From an uncultured Collinsella sp. (lineage in GTDB: Bacteria > Actinomycetota > Coriobacteriia > Coriobacteriales > Coriobacteriaceae), in the NCBI GenBank assembly GCA_902464495.1, contig CABQJK010000004.1:10453-74452 (forward strand): DNA of 64,000 nt. The letters are read 5' to 3'. This document shows, in pieces, positions 1-10,266 of the stretch (positions are counted from its first letter, which is position 1; each line of letters starts with the position of its first letter). The notes under the pieces were generated by a model. That model was given only the letters and a program-made list of their open reading frames with translations, ran no database searches and was not told where the DNA came from. The position numbers were made by a program, and so were the translations under genes.

Positions 1-1221
1 TTCCTCGATACGATCGATGCGTGTGGCCTCGGGAAGGTCCTGCGGACTGCGGACATCGATCATTTCGCCGTCGGTCTTGTAGACGTGATAGTCAACCGAG
101 GGACTCGTGGCAATGAGGTCCAGGTTGAACTCGCGCTCCAGGCGTTCCTTGACGACTTCCATGTGCAGCAGGCCCAGGAAGCCCACGCGGAAGCCAAAGC
201 CGAGCGCCACCGAGGTCTCGGGCTCCCACACCAACGACGGGTCGTTGACGTGCAGTTTATCGAGCGCGTCACGCAGGTTCTCGTAGTCCTTGTTGTCGAT
301 CGGGAACAGGCCGGTATAGACCATGGGCTTGGCCTCGCGATAACCGGGAAGCGGCTCGGGGCAGGGGTTCGACGCCCACGTAAGGGTATCGCCCACGCGA
401 ACGGCCTCGGGATCCTTCAAGCCCGTGACCACATATCCGACCTCGCCGACGGTCAGCGCGTCGACCGGGGTCTCGGCAGGACGCTTGACGCCCACGCCGT
501 CGACCAAAAAGTCGCCCTTGGCTTGCATCATAAGCAGGGTATCGCCCTTTTTGATGGAACCATCGAAGACGCGCACCGTAGCCACCACACCGCGATACTC
601 GTCAAAGTACGAATCCAAAATGAGCGCTTTGAGCGGAGCGTTTGCATCGCCCTTAGGCGGCGAAATCAAAAAGACGATGGACTCCAGCAGATCGTGAATG
701 CCCTCGCCGGTCTTACCCGAGACGCACACGGCATCATCGGCGGGAATCGCCAGGTCGTCCTCGATCTCGGTCTTAACCTCGTCGGGATGGGCCGAGGGCA
801 GGTCAATCTTGTTGATGGCGGGCACAATGTCCAGATTGGCGTTCATGGCGAGCGTCGCGTTGGAGACGGTCTGTGCCTCGACACCCTGGGTGGCATCGAC
901 GACGAGCACCGCGCCCTCGCAGGCGGCCAGAGAACGCGAGACCTCGTAGGTAAAGTCAACGTGGCCCGGCGTATCGATCAGATTGAACTGATACGTCTCA
1001 CCATCGTCGGCGTCATAGGACACGCGGACGGCGTTGGACTTGATCGTGATGCCGCGCTCGCGCTCGATATCCATGGTGTCGAGCAGCTGCGACTCCATGT
1101 CGCGTTCGTCGACGGTATGGGTGAGCTCGAGGATGCGGTCGCTGATCGTGGACTTGCCATGGTCGATATGCGCAACGATCGAGAAGTTGCGGATGTGGGA
1201 AATGTCAATTGAAGTATTCAT
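1..1221 (-). CDS. lepA: Translation elongation factor 4 LepA, N-terminal part (runs off the window start)
   Basis: Read manually because it is absent from the ORF track: ATG at 1221 gives [25 protein letters not shown]..., then [10 protein letters not shown] and NKID GTPase motifs. Confidence 0.95.
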   Translation of the reverse strand, partial: MNTSIDISHIRNFSIVAHIDHGKSTISDRILELTHTVDERDMESQLLDTMDIERERGITIKSNAVRVSYDADDGETYQFNLIDTPGHVDFTYEVSRSLAACEGAVLVVDATQGVEAQTVSNATLAMNANLDIVPAINKIDLPSAHPDEVKTEIEDDLAIPADDAVCVSGKTGEGIHDLLESIVFLISPPKGDANAPLKALILDSYFDEYRGVVATVRVFDGSIKKGDTLLMMQAKGDFLVDGVGVKRPAETPVDALTVGEVGYVVTGLKDPEAVRVGDTLTWASNPCPEPLPGYREAKPMVYTGLFPIDNKDYENLRDALDKLHVNDPSLVWEPETSVALGFGFRVGFLGLLHMEVVKERLEREFNLDLIATSPSVDYHVYKTDGEMIDVRSPQDLPEATRIDRIEE

Positions 1222-1246
1222 GCGGACTATCTTACCCGAGCGGTAC

Positions 1247-1283
1247 AAAAAATGGAGCCTGTTCCATAAAACAGGCTCCATTT
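1247..1283 (-). terminator. Intrinsic terminator after rpsT
   Basis: Arms aaatggagcctgtt/aacaggctccattt with an A-run on + (U-tract on -). Confidence 0.8.
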
Positions 1284-1317
1284 ATGCGCGTAATCTGTGT
1301 GGTGTGAAATTTACAAC

Positions 1318-1584
1318 TTAGGCGTTGATGCTGTTCACGAGCTTGGCAAGACCGGACTTGCGGTTTGAAGCCTGGTTCTTGTGGATAACATGCTTGGCGG
1401 CAGCCATGTCGAGACGCTTAGTGACGGTCTTGAGGGCAGCCTGGGCCTTCTCGGCGTCGCCCTCGGCGACGGCGGACTGGACGTGCTTGGTCAGCGTCTT
1501 GAGCTCGGACTTGACAGCCTTGTTACGCATGCGAGCTGCCTCATTGGTGCGGATACGCTTCTTCTGAGACTTGATGTTTGCCAC
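1318..1584 (-). CDS. rpsT: 30S ribosomal protein S20
   Basis: GTG start after an [28 protein letters not shown]...[11 protein letters not shown]. Confidence 0.97.
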   Translation of the reverse strand: MANIKSQKKRIRTNEAARMRNKAVKSELKTLTKHVQSAVAEGDAEKAQAALKTVTKRLDMAAAKHVIHKNQASNRKSGLAKLVNSINA

Positions 1585-1717
1585 TTCTGGAGTTCCTTTC
1601 GAGTTCCTTGCAAAAAATGTATGACACCTCTGAGACACGGTGAGGTCATGCAAGCGCCTACTATAGCACGCTCCCTCTCAAAGGGATAGAACGAATTTGT
1701 CAAATAGGCAGGTATCC

Positions 1718-2680
1718 TCACGATTTTCTCAAGATGTTCGTAATCCAGAGCAAAAGCGCCGTCTGAGAATCGGCCGAACCCTTGAGCGCGAGCTCCACAT
1801 CGACCGCACCCTCGAGCGCTGCGATGAGCTCGGTCATCGAAAAACGACGCGCCCAGGTAAGGTGATTCTTGACCTGCCAGGACTGGAGCTTGAGCGTTGC
1901 GGCCAGCTCGCGACCCTGCCCACGCGCGTCGAGCGCCTTGGCGACGATAAGCTCGCGAATGCGACCGCACAGCAATGTGTAAGTCCACACGTAGCTCTTG
2001 GAGGGCAGGAGCTTAAAGAGCTCGAGCGAACGCCGCATATCGCGAGCCGAGACGGCGTTGAGGAAGTCCCAGGGTTGGACCTCGGCCGTACGTGCAATCC
2101 AGCGCTCAACATCGGCAAGTTCAATCTGGGGCGACTCGACCATCTGGGCAAGCTTAGCCAAGTCGTTATCGAGCATGCGCGTGTTTTCGCCCGAACGCGA
2201 GACGAGCTCCTCGGCGGCCGCCGTCGAAATCGACTTACCGCGCTGCGTCGCCATCTGCTGAACACGGCGCGGCAGTTCCCAGCGCTTGGTACCCGAGCAA
2301 TCGACGATAGCCTTCTTGTCGATCTTGGCGATTGCCTTATACAGGCGCGTATTCTTGGCAAGTGAGTCGGCGATGATGAGGCAGACCGTTGTTGGGCTGG
2401 GACTCGCCAGATACCCAACGAGCGGCTCCGAGACCGCCTTGGCGAGCTTTGAGCAGCCATCGAGGATTACCAGACGAAACTCGCTGCCCATCGGAAAGGT
2501 GTTAAGCGATCCGATAATGGACTCGATATCGGGGTCCTTGGTCATGTCTCGCTCGTCAAGGTTGAACTCGACCATACCCGATTTTTCCAGACGCGCTTTC
2601 ATACGCGAGACGGCGTGGTCGCGCTTAACTCCGTCGGTACCGACGATCAGATATGCCGGCAGCAAACCGGTTTCGGACAT
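1718..2680 (-). CDS. holA: DNA polymerase III delta subunit
   Basis: 320 aa; YLIVG.D, FPMGSEFRLVI, C-terminal VELALKG; classic comEC-holA-rpsT order. Confidence 0.9.
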   Translation of the reverse strand: MSETGLLPAYLIVGTDGVKRDHAVSRMKARLEKSGMVEFNLDERDMTKDPDIESIIGSLNTFPMGSEFRLVILDGCSKLAKAVSEPLVGYLASPSPTTVCLIIADSLAKNTRLYKAIAKIDKKAIVDCSGTKRWELPRRVQQMATQRGKSISTAAAEELVSRSGENTRMLDNDLAKLAQMVESPQIELADVERWIARTAEVQPWDFLNAVSARDMRRSLELFKLLPSKSYVWTYTLLCGRIRELIVAKALDARGQGRELAATLKLQSWQVKNHLTWARRFSMTELIAALEGAVDVELALKGSADSQTALLLWITNILRKS

Positions 2681-2719
2681 TGCGCCCCCTCCCGCAGGCC
2701 TTCGTATTCGTTCCGTGCC

Positions 2720-2749
2720 ATTCTAGCCCAGGGGCCCACCACACGCCAA
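2720..2749 (-). promoter_or_regulatory. Putative sigmaA promoter for holA (TTGGCG-18-TAGAAT)
   Basis: TAGAAT at 2725-2720 in the comEC-holA gap. Confidence 0.45.
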
Positions 2750-2757
2750 CGACGTCG

Positions 2758-5061
2758 TCACGGTCGCTGGCATCGCATCACAAAGCCATTCGCAGTCGGT
2801 GTGACGGTAATGTCGCCGTGTTCGATGGTACACGCGAACACACCACCCGCTTCCTTAACGGCATCGATGCAGGCATCGGACGGATGGCCGTATCGATTCC
2901 CCTCACCGGCGCTTGCGAGGGAAAGCTCGGGCTTCAGGACGTCCAGCAACTCACCATCGACTGAAACCTTGGAGCCGTGATGCCCAAGTTTAAGCACATC
3001 GATATCCCCCACCTCCTGCACGAATTCCCGTTCTTGGTCGAGCTCGGCATCACCGGTGAGAAGTATTCGCAGGCCCTTACCTTCCTGAACATAAGAGAGC
3101 AGCAGGACAAGCGAGTCCTCATTTCCCTCGCCATCCACGGACTCGAATGGCCACATCACGCGGGCGCAAAATGATCCGATGTCGACCGTATCCCCACGGC
3201 GCACCTGCCGATACTCCACGCCAGGTCGGTTCAATACCTCGGCAGGAGCATCCTCCAGCGCATCCGCCGCCACGGCAATCGTTCCGACCGAAAACTGTTC
3301 GAGCACGGCAGGCAAACCACCCCAGTGGTCCTCATCCCAATGCGTCACAAAAACGGCATCGATATGGTGCACGTTATTGCGAACCAACGCCGCAACCACA
3401 CGCTCGTCGAGCCCGCAGTCGACGAGAGCTACTGCGCCGCCTTGGCGGATAAGAATCGCATCGGCCTGGCCCACATCGAGAACCGTCACCGAAGGCGGAG
3501 CGAATCGATCCCAATAGACGTACGGAATCGCAGCCAAGAGCATCAGGCATGCAAGCCCCACCGCCATAGGACGTGCACGGGGACGCGGCCACCAGACCAG
3601 CAGAACCGCCAGAAAACACGGCACTAGGTAAATCCACATGCTATCGGGCGGCACGCTCACGTATGCACCCGGCACGGCGGCAAACAGCTGCTCGAAGAAC
3701 AGCGCGCAACGGGCGGCAATCATGGGCACAACGAGCGCCCAAGTCCGCAACGGTCCCACGAGCGAAAAGGGAGCCAGCACGATCGACACAGCGAGCAGTG
3801 CGCTCACCACCGGACCGATGACCGCATTTGCCAGCGGAGCAATGAGCGAGAACGTACCGAAGGCAGGAATGGTAATGGGAAGTGTCGCCAGTTGTGAGCA
3901 CAGCGTGACGGAAAGCACGCTGGCAACGCCTGATGGCACACCTAGCTCACCCAAAGCGTAGGTCGCATAGGGACAAAAGCACAGAATGGCTAAGACGCTG
4001 GCACACGAGAGTTGAAAGCCCATCTCGAACAGCACCGTTGGGCGGAGCAGCACAAAGATGGACATGGTTACGAACAGTGCCGATGCGCCATGCCGGCGAC
4101 GCCCCGCGCCGTTTACGACAAACGTCGCGAACACCATGCAGCACGCGCGCACGGCCGAGGGAGACGCGCCCGTAAAGGCAGCATAGCCCACAAGCGTTAT
4201 CGCCAATATCGCCCGCTGAAGACCACGTGAGCACCGAGTCTTTTGCAATACACCCTCGATTACAAACCCCACGATAGCCAAATGGCTGCCCGAGACGGCG
4301 ATAAGATGTGCCGTTCCCGTCACAGAAAACCAGTCGCCCGCCGGCTGGGCGCGCAGCTCGGCCGAACGACCGCAGACGACACCGGCTATGAGCGCACGCG
4401 CCGGGTCGGTCGCAGGCGCGATGGACGCAAGCAGCCCATTTCGCAGCCGAAGCAGCGGCCCCGGAGAACCCTCGTCGACCGATACCAACCGGATGACTTT
4501 AATCTTTCGAAACTCGCCCCGAAGCACGCGTGAGCGCCCATACGCATCATTCTCAAACCGCGAAACTCGACCGATAGCACGTACATGCGAACCGGCGCCG
4601 AGCTCACGATCACACGACAGCCGTACCTGACCCAAACGCTTTTCGCCCGCATACGCATCGCAGGCATAGGAATACACACCGTCATTGATGGACGGATCGC
4701 CCTGCACATAAAATTCGAGACTGCTCGCAGCCCGGTTATCCAGTGCCCTCGAAGCATGCAGCGCCCCTATCGCCCAAGCCGCGGACACGACCGCTCCCGC
4801 CACGAGGCCGAGGGCCGCGGCATACAGCCATCGCCTCCACCGCACAAGACGCATACAGGACCGAGCTAATACGATGCACGCCGCAGCCGCAATGGGAATG
4901 GCTATAAGCAATGTGACGGGCGCTGGCTGCTCTCCCAGCAGCAAATCGGCTGCCATGTTAAGCACCAATCCGCAGCTCGCACACAAGCCGGCACAAATGG
5001 CCATCGTCCACGGCATCAATGGGCGCGGCGGCATCAAATGCTCGCGCTCAGTCGCACTCAT
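2758..5061 (-). CDS. comEC: DNA uptake channel ComEC/Rec2
   Basis: TGTAHLIAVSGSHL competence domain, GFQLS, metallo-beta-lactamase domain (LDVGQAD, THWDEDH, HHGS, NRYGHP); ATGA overlap with the comEA stop. Confidence 0.95.
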   Translation of the reverse strand: MSATEREHLMPPRPLMPWTMAICAGLCASCGLVLNMAADLLLGEQPAPVTLLIAIPIAAAACIVLARSCMRLVRWRRWLYAAALGLVAGAVVSAAWAIGALHASRALDNRAASSLEFYVQGDPSINDGVYSYACDAYAGEKRLGQVRLSCDRELGAGSHVRAIGRVSRFENDAYGRSRVLRGEFRKIKVIRLVSVDEGSPGPLLRLRNGLLASIAPATDPARALIAGVVCGRSAELRAQPAGDWFSVTGTAHLIAVSGSHLAIVGFVIEGVLQKTRCSRGLQRAILAITLVGYAAFTGASPSAVRACCMVFATFVVNGAGRRRHGASALFVTMSIFVLLRPTVLFEMGFQLSCASVLAILCFCPYATYALGELGVPSGVASVLSVTLCSQLATLPITIPAFGTFSLIAPLANAVIGPVVSALLAVSIVLAPFSLVGPLRTWALVVPMIAARCALFFEQLFAAVPGAYVSVPPDSMWIYLVPCFLAVLLVWWPRPRARPMAVGLACLMLLAAIPYVYWDRFAPPSVTVLDVGQADAILIRQGGAVALVDCGLDERVVAALVRNNVHHIDAVFVTHWDEDHWGGLPAVLEQFSVGTIAVAADALEDAPAEVLNRPGVEYRQVRRGDTVDIGSFCARVMWPFESVDGEGNEDSLVLLLSYVQEGKGLRILLTGDAELDQEREFVQEVGDIDVLKLGHHGSKVSVDGELLDVLKPELSLASAGEGNRYGHPSDACIDAVKEAGGVFACTIEHGDITVTPTANGFVMRCQRP

Positions 5062-5768
5062 ACGCAGATGCAATCTTTGATTTTGGCAAGTTTTTTCTCA
5101 CCGATCCCCGATACGCGCATGAGGTCATCGACCGAGGTAAAAGCCCCGTTTTGCGTCCGCTCGTCGATAATCGATTGAGCCATAGAAGGCCCGATGCCCG
5201 AAAGCGTCTGCAGCTCCGCCGCACTTGCCGTATTGATGTTCACGAGTCCCGACGAAGACCCCACACCAGAAGTCGCGGCGGCACCGCTTTCGCCCCCGCC
5301 GACCGCCGCAGCCGCTTGTTGCTCCCCCACCGACGGAACATAGATCTTTTGTCCATCCGTGATCTTGGACGCGCGATTAAGCCCTGTCACATCCGCCTCG
5401 GCCGTAAGCCCTCCGGCGGCGTCGATCGCTTGGGATACCCGTGCTCCATCTTTGAGCCGGTAAACGCCAGGCCTCACAACGGCGCCATCAACATCGACGT
5501 ACACCTCGGCAGCAGAAGAGCTCTTGTCAGACGACTCATCGGCATCGTCAGGTGACGCATCCCCGGCCCCGCGCACATCCGAGGCGCCCGCCTCATCGCT
5601 ACGTTCAAACGACACGTCGCTGGAGTGGCCACCAAAACCTGCTATCGCCAAGCCGCTCGCGGCGGCAATGACAACCAGAATCGCCAGGACCATCGCCTTG
5701 TGGCCGAGCAGCTTTTCTGCCCAGCGGTCCATCCGTTTAACCCGTTCGTGTTGCTCGCGCTGCGCCAT
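5058..5768 (-). CDS. comEA: DNA receptor ComEA
   Basis: N-terminal TM, SLBB domain (VDVDGAVVRPGVY), HhH domain (VNINTASAAELQTLSGIG); GGAGG SD. Confidence 0.95.
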   Translation of the reverse strand: MAQREQHERVKRMDRWAEKLLGHKAMVLAILVVIAAASGLAIAGFGGHSSDVSFERSDEAGASDVRGAGDASPDDADESSDKSSSAAEVYVDVDGAVVRPGVYRLKDGARVSQAIDAAGGLTAEADVTGLNRASKITDGQKIYVPSVGEQQAAAAVGGGESGAAATSGVGSSSGLVNINTASAAELQTLSGIGPSMAQSIIDERTQNGAFTSVDDLMRVSGIGEKKLAKIKDCICV

Positions 5769-5844
5769 AGCAAACACCTCCCAACACCATCGTGTCAGGA
5801 AACGAACGCCGCAGCTTCCGCACGTCCACACCGGTTTTCGCGGT

Positions 5845-5864
5845 CAAACCAAAAGCTGACCAAA
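5845..5864 (-). promoter_or_regulatory. Candidate competence box upstream of comEA (TTTGGTCAGCTTTTGGTTTG)
   Basis: Identical to 34237-34256 upstream of yraN-comM-dprA. Confidence 0.75.
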
Positions 5865-5939
5865 ACCTTACGAAATAATGTCCATTTATTCAGGCACACG
5901 TCAGCAAATGAACACTTAGCCGCAAAATGCCCAGATAGC

Positions 5940-5972
5940 AAAAGACCGACGATGCAGGCGCATCGTCGGTCT
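5940..5972 (-). terminator. Terminator after thiI, upstream of the comEA promoter region
   Basis: 13-bp perfect stem agaccgacgatgc/gcatcgtcggtct with a short U-run on -. Confidence 0.75.
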
Positions 5973-5982
5973 ATGCACAAAT

Positions 5983-7227
5983 TTACTCGTGATCTTGGTA
6001 AATCTCACGCGGAGCAAGCTCCGAATGTTTGCGTTTTAAGGTCTTAGGGGCCTTATACGTGTTGCTCTCGAAGTCGATGTACTCGGTCTGCTTGAGTAAG
6101 CGCTCAATCATCTCCTCGTGATCGAACAGCTCCCAGGCCTCGTGAACGGCATCGAGCTTGGCATGCGTCTCGGGACGGCGCGGCATAAACAGCGTGCAGC
6201 AGTCGGGAGCGGCCTCAGTCGAGATATCGAACGTACCGATCTCCTCGGCGCGTGCGATGATCTCCTGCTTGTCCGAACCGATGAGAGGACGGAACACGGG
6301 GATCTTCACGGCCTCGTTAACGGCCATGATGTTCTCAAGCGTCTGGGAGGCAACCTGCCCAAGCGATTCGCCCGTAACGATGGCCTTGGCACCCTCGATG
6401 TGTGCAATGCGCTCAGCAACCGAATACATAATGCGGCGATACATGATCACGCGCAGGTTGCTGGGACAGGTGACCGAAATCTCACGCTGGCAGTCGCCAA
6501 ACGGCACCACGTACAGGCGGCCGATCTGGACACCCGGCTCAAGCGCACGGATGATGTCCTGCACCAAATACTCACTCGTATCGGGCGTCTGCGGACGACC
6601 GGAGAAATGTACCGGCACGCAAACCGCGCCGCGGCGCGCGAGCATCCAGGTCGCCACCGGAGAATCGATACCCGACGACAGCAGCGTCACGACCTTGCCG
6701 GCAGAACCCACCGGCAGACCGCCCACGCCGCGCTCGGAGCGCGCGTACACATAAACGCTACCCTGGACCACCAGTACGTGCACCATCGCATCGGGGTCGT
6801 GCATTTGAACCTTTTTATCGGGAAAGGCCTCACACAGCACCTCGCCCACCTGACGATTGATATCGATCGAGGTGAGCTCATAGTCAGTATTGGAGCGCTT
6901 GGCGTGCACCTTAAACGAATCGAAGGAACCAAACTCGCGCAGCGCCTTCACGGCAGCGGCGCAGTACTCCTGCGGGTCGCGGTTGGTATGATACGCCAAA
7001 GACACACGGGCAACGCCGGGGACGGTGCGGATGACACGCGCCGCCTCGTCGGCCTGATGCTCGTTAAAGGTCACGAGGATATAACCGGAAATTCGAGACA
7101 CGGCATTCACGGAAAAGGCGGCCAAGGCCGCCTTGATGTTATCCATGAGGATATGCTCAAAATGCGCGCGGTTCTTGCCCTTCAGTCCAACCTCGTGATA
7201 GTGGACCAGGCAGACGCGAGCTGCCAT
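5983..7227 (-). CDS. thiI: tRNA 4-thiouridine synthase ThiI (no rhodanese domain)
   Basis: EVGLKGKNR, THUMP domain, PP-loop SSGIDS, GESLGQVASQT, DCC. Confidence 0.95.
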   Translation of the reverse strand: MAARVCLVHYHEVGLKGKNRAHFEHILMDNIKAALAAFSVNAVSRISGYILVTFNEHQADEAARVIRTVPGVARVSLAYHTNRDPQEYCAAAVKALREFGSFDSFKVHAKRSNTDYELTSIDINRQVGEVLCEAFPDKKVQMHDPDAMVHVLVVQGSVYVYARSERGVGGLPVGSAGKVVTLLSSGIDSPVATWMLARRGAVCVPVHFSGRPQTPDTSEYLVQDIIRALEPGVQIGRLYVVPFGDCQREISVTCPSNLRVIMYRRIMYSVAERIAHIEGAKAIVTGESLGQVASQTLENIMAVNEAVKIPVFRPLIGSDKQEIIARAEEIGTFDISTEAAPDCCTLFMPRRPETHAKLDAVHEAWELFDHEEMIERLLKQTEYIDFESNTYKAPKTLKRKHSELAPREIYQDHE

Positions 7228-7509
7228 TTAGGCTTCAGCAACCTTATGGCCGAGCGCCTTCTCGTAACGGGCCTCGTCGTAAGAGATGTCGCCGTCGACA
7301 ATCTCGTCCATAGCCATCGAGATGGTATCGGCACCGGAAAGCCCGATGGTGATGTCATCGACATCCTGGACGGCAAGCACGCGGTTGTGCTGGCCACGCA
7401 GCATGCTATTGATGTCGCAGGCGCGCTTGGAGGCAAGCGAAGCAAGCAGGAAGCGGTTATGATCGGTCTTCTCCAGAAGATCGTCAATGCAAGGCTTTAC
7501 AACGGACAC
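7228..7509 (-). CDS. rpoZ: RNA polymerase omega subunit
   Basis: P.IDDLLEK...RFLLASLASKRA; follows gmk. Confidence 0.92.
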   Translation of the reverse strand: MSVVKPCIDDLLEKTDHNRFLLASLASKRACDINSMLRGQHNRVLAVQDVDDITIGLSGADTISMAMDEIVDGDISYDEARYEKALGHKVAEA

Positions 7510-7514
7510 GGACC

Positions 7515-8084
7515 TCAGATCCTTTCATGCATATCGAGAACGCGAACGAGCTCATCGGTCGCGCGGTCGAGATCGTCATTCACCACGACGTCGTCGTAGC
7601 GGTCGGCAAGGGCAAGCTCATCGGCGGCGTTTGCCATACGCAGCTCAATCGTCTCGGGCGTCTCGGTACCGCGACCGACTAGACGCTCGCGGAGCACCTC
7701 AAGCGAAGGCGGCTTGATAAAGATCAGCACGGCCTCGGGGAAACGCTCCTTCACCTGCAGGGCGCCCTGGACATCGATCTCCAAAATCAGAGACGAGCCC
7801 GAGGCGAGCTTGGATGTGACCTCGCTCACCAACGTGCCGTAGCAGTTACCGTGGACCTCGGCCCACTCAACAAACTCACCGTTTGCCACGCGGCGGTCGA
7901 ACTCCTCGCGCGTCAGAAAAAAGTAGTTGACGCCGTCGACCTCACCTTTGCGTGGTGCTCGCGTGGTAGCCGAAACCGTCAGACCCAGGTTCGAGCGGCG
8001 CTCGCGCACACGAGTGACGAGCGTACCCTTGCCTGCGCCTGACGGTCCAGAAATCACAAAGAGCTTGGAATCCTGAGCGCTCAC
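7515..8084 (-). CDS. gmk: Guanylate kinase
   Basis: SGPSGAGKGT, TTRAPRKGEVDGVNY, EIDVQGA. Confidence 0.97.
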   Translation of the reverse strand: MSAQDSKLFVISGPSGAGKGTLVTRVRERRSNLGLTVSATTRAPRKGEVDGVNYFFLTREEFDRRVANGEFVEWAEVHGNCYGTLVSEVTSKLASGSSLILEIDVQGALQVKERFPEAVLIFIKPPSLEVLRERLVGRGTETPETIELRMANAADELALADRYDDVVVNDDLDRATDELVRVLDMHERI

Positions 8085-8393
8085 TTATTTGGTCAGCTGC
8101 TCGAGGAGCTGCTCGCGCTGACGGACACCGAGGCCCTGGACGCGACGAGTAGCGGAGATACCGAGCTCCTCCATGATCTTGGCGGCCTTGGCCTTGCCAT
8201 AACCGGGGAGAGACTCGATGAGGGTGGAAACCTTCATGCGGGAAGCGATGGGGTCATCGGAGTTGAGCACGGACTCGAGGGACTTCTCGCCCTTCTTGAT
8301 CTGCTCGCGAAGCTCAGCGCGGGCGTGACGTGCGGCAGCAGCCTTCTCAAGAGCCTGCTTGCGCTGCTCGTCGGTAAGCTGAGGGAGTGCCAT
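8085..8393 (-). CDS. mihF: Actinobacterial integration host factor mIHF
   Basis: MALPQLTDEQRKQALEKAAAAR...ESLPGYGKAKA..IMEELGIS; pyrF-mihF-gmk-rpoZ order. Confidence 0.95.
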   Translation of the reverse strand: MALPQLTDEQRKQALEKAAAARHARAELREQIKKGEKSLESVLNSDDPIASRMKVSTLIESLPGYGKAKAAKIMEELGISATRRVQGLGVRQREQLLEQLTK

Positions 8394-8632
8394 TCGTACC
8401 TCCAAATAGTTGGGTTATATCTGATTCAATAATTGGCATTTTAGCACGTAGAACGTACAAAATGCCTAATCGCGGCTCCATAGGTTAGACGATACCCGCA
8501 AAAAGTGCAATATACTGCGCCCAAAGTTAAGCCCCTGACCTGCGATTCCACACAAAGGATGGGAAAGTTTACGCAGGCACAGGGGCTATTTTGTGCTAAT
8601 GAGACCCAAAAGTGGTGACTTAGGGGAATCTT

Positions 8633-9349
8633 TTACGCGACGTTTTCGACCAGCTCGGCGACAATGGCGTCAAAGGCGGCAACCGGATCGTCGGCACCGG
8701 TGATGGGACGGCCCACCACAATGTGGCTTGCGCCACGCTCGATAGCCTGGGAAGGCGTCGCCACGCGGGACTGGTCACCAAGGGCGGCACCCACCGGACG
8801 CACACCCGGAGTCACGATCAGGGCATCAGGACCCAGCAGCTCACGCATGTCGTGAGCCTCCATCGGTGAGCACACGATGCCATCGATGCCGTTGGCCTGA
8901 GCAAGCTTTGCCAAGCGGGCGGCCTCCTCGGCCACGGGAGACTCGACGCCGATCTCGCTCAAGGCATCCTGATTCATGCTCGTGAGCACGGTGATGGCGA
9001 CGAGCTTGGCGCGGTCCCCACGCGCCTCTTCGGCACCCTCGCGGCAGGCAGCGAGCATAGCACCCGAGCCCAGGCCGTGGACCGAAAGCAGGTCGGCACC
9101 GGCAAGCGAGGCCGAGCGGGCAGCGCCGCGCACCTGATGCGGAATGTCATGGAACTTAAGGTCGAGGAATACCTTAAAGCCAAGGTCCTTAAAGGTCTTG
9201 ACGATCTGGGGACCCTCAGCGTAATAGAGCGTCATGCCGACCTTGAGCCAGGCGGCATGGCCCGAAAGCTCGTGGGCGAGCTCGAGCGCGCGCTCACGGT
9301 CGCAGTCGAGGGCGACGATAACACGGTCGCGGGCATCATTCTCTAGCAT
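8633..9349 (-). CDS. pyrF: Orotidine-5'-phosphate decarboxylase
   Basis: IVALD, DLKFHDIP, VTPGVR, VVGRPI. Confidence 0.97.
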   Translation of the reverse strand: MLENDARDRVIVALDCDRERALELAHELSGHAAWLKVGMTLYYAEGPQIVKTFKDLGFKVFLDLKFHDIPHQVRGAARSASLAGADLLSVHGLGSGAMLAACREGAEEARGDRAKLVAITVLTSMNQDALSEIGVESPVAEEAARLAKLAQANGIDGIVCSPMEAHDMRELLGPDALIVTPGVRPVGAALGDQSRVATPSQAIERGASHIVVGRPITGADDPVAAFDAIVAELVENVA

Positions 9350-10266
9350 TCGAAAGCACCCACCAGCTCGTTGATGTCCTTTACGCCCTGGGACTCGGCC
9401 CAGGCCTCGAGCTCATGCGCGATCTTAAGCGAAGCACACGGATCGACGAAGTTGGCCATGCCGACCGACACGCAGGTGGCGCCGGCCAGGATAAACTCAG
9501 CCGCATCCTCGCCAGTCATGACACCGCCGACACCGTTGATGGGGATATCGACGGCCTGGGCAACCTCCCAGACCATGCGCACGGCGATGTGGTGGCACAG
9601 CGGGCCCGAAAGGCCGCCCTTGGGCTTGGCCACGCGGGACTTGCGGGTATGGACGTCGATGGCCATGCCCTGGATGGAGTTGATGACCGAAAGGCCGTCG
9701 GCGCCGGCAGCCTCGAGGGCCTTGGCGATCTCGGCGACGTTGACCGGCGCCATCTTCACGAACAGCGGCTTATCGGTCACCTTGCGGCAAGCAGCCATAA
9801 CGGAAGAGGCGCCCTCGGGCGTGGAGCCCATGGCGGCACCGCCGGCGGCGATATTAGGGCAGCTCACGTTGATCTCGTAGCCGGCAGCCCAGGGGCACAG
9901 CTCGACATACATCTCGAGTGCGCGGACAAACTCGTCAACGGAGTGACCGGCAACCTGACAGATGACCTGGCAGCCGTCCTTGGACAGCTGTTCGAGCCAC
10001 GGACCGGACTCGCGGGCAAAGGCGGCCACGCCGGGGTTCTGAAGACCCACGGAGTTGATCATACCGCCGGGAATCTCGGCCATGCGGGGCGCGGGATTGC
10101 CGGGCCAGGGCTCGGCGGCACAGCCCTTGGTGGTAATGGCACCCAGCTGGGAAACATCAAAGAAGTTCTGGAACTGCCAACCGTAGCCAAAGGTACCGGC
10201 TGCGGTGTTAATGGGGTTCTGCATCTTGACGCCGCCGAAATCGACGGCCATGTTCACGGTACCCAC
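9343..10266 (-). CDS. pyrD: Dihydroorotate dehydrogenase 1B catalytic subunit (start 10266 GTG or 10251 ATG)
   Basis: AAGTFGYG, GNPAPR, NSVGLQNPG, EINVSCPN, GGLSG. Confidence 0.95.
   Translation of the reverse strand: MGTVNMAVDFGGVKMQNPINTAAGTFGYGWQFQNFFDVSQLGAITTKGCAAEPWPGNPAPRMAEIPGGMINSVGLQNPGVAAFARESGPWLEQLSKDGCQVICQVAGHSVDEFVRALEMYVELCPWAAGYEINVSCPNIAAGGAAMGSTPEGASSVMAACRKVTDKPLFVKMAPVNVAEIAKALEAAGADGLSVINSIQGMAIDVHTRKSRVAKPKGGLSGPLCHHIAVRMVWEVAQAVDIPINGVGGVMTGEDAAEFILAGATCVSVGMANFVDPCASLKIAHELEAWAESQGVKDINELVGAFEC

Noticed and set aside
8088..8098. TTTGGTCAGCT partial match to the competence box
   Set aside because: Half-site only, inside the mihF coding end and on the opposite strand
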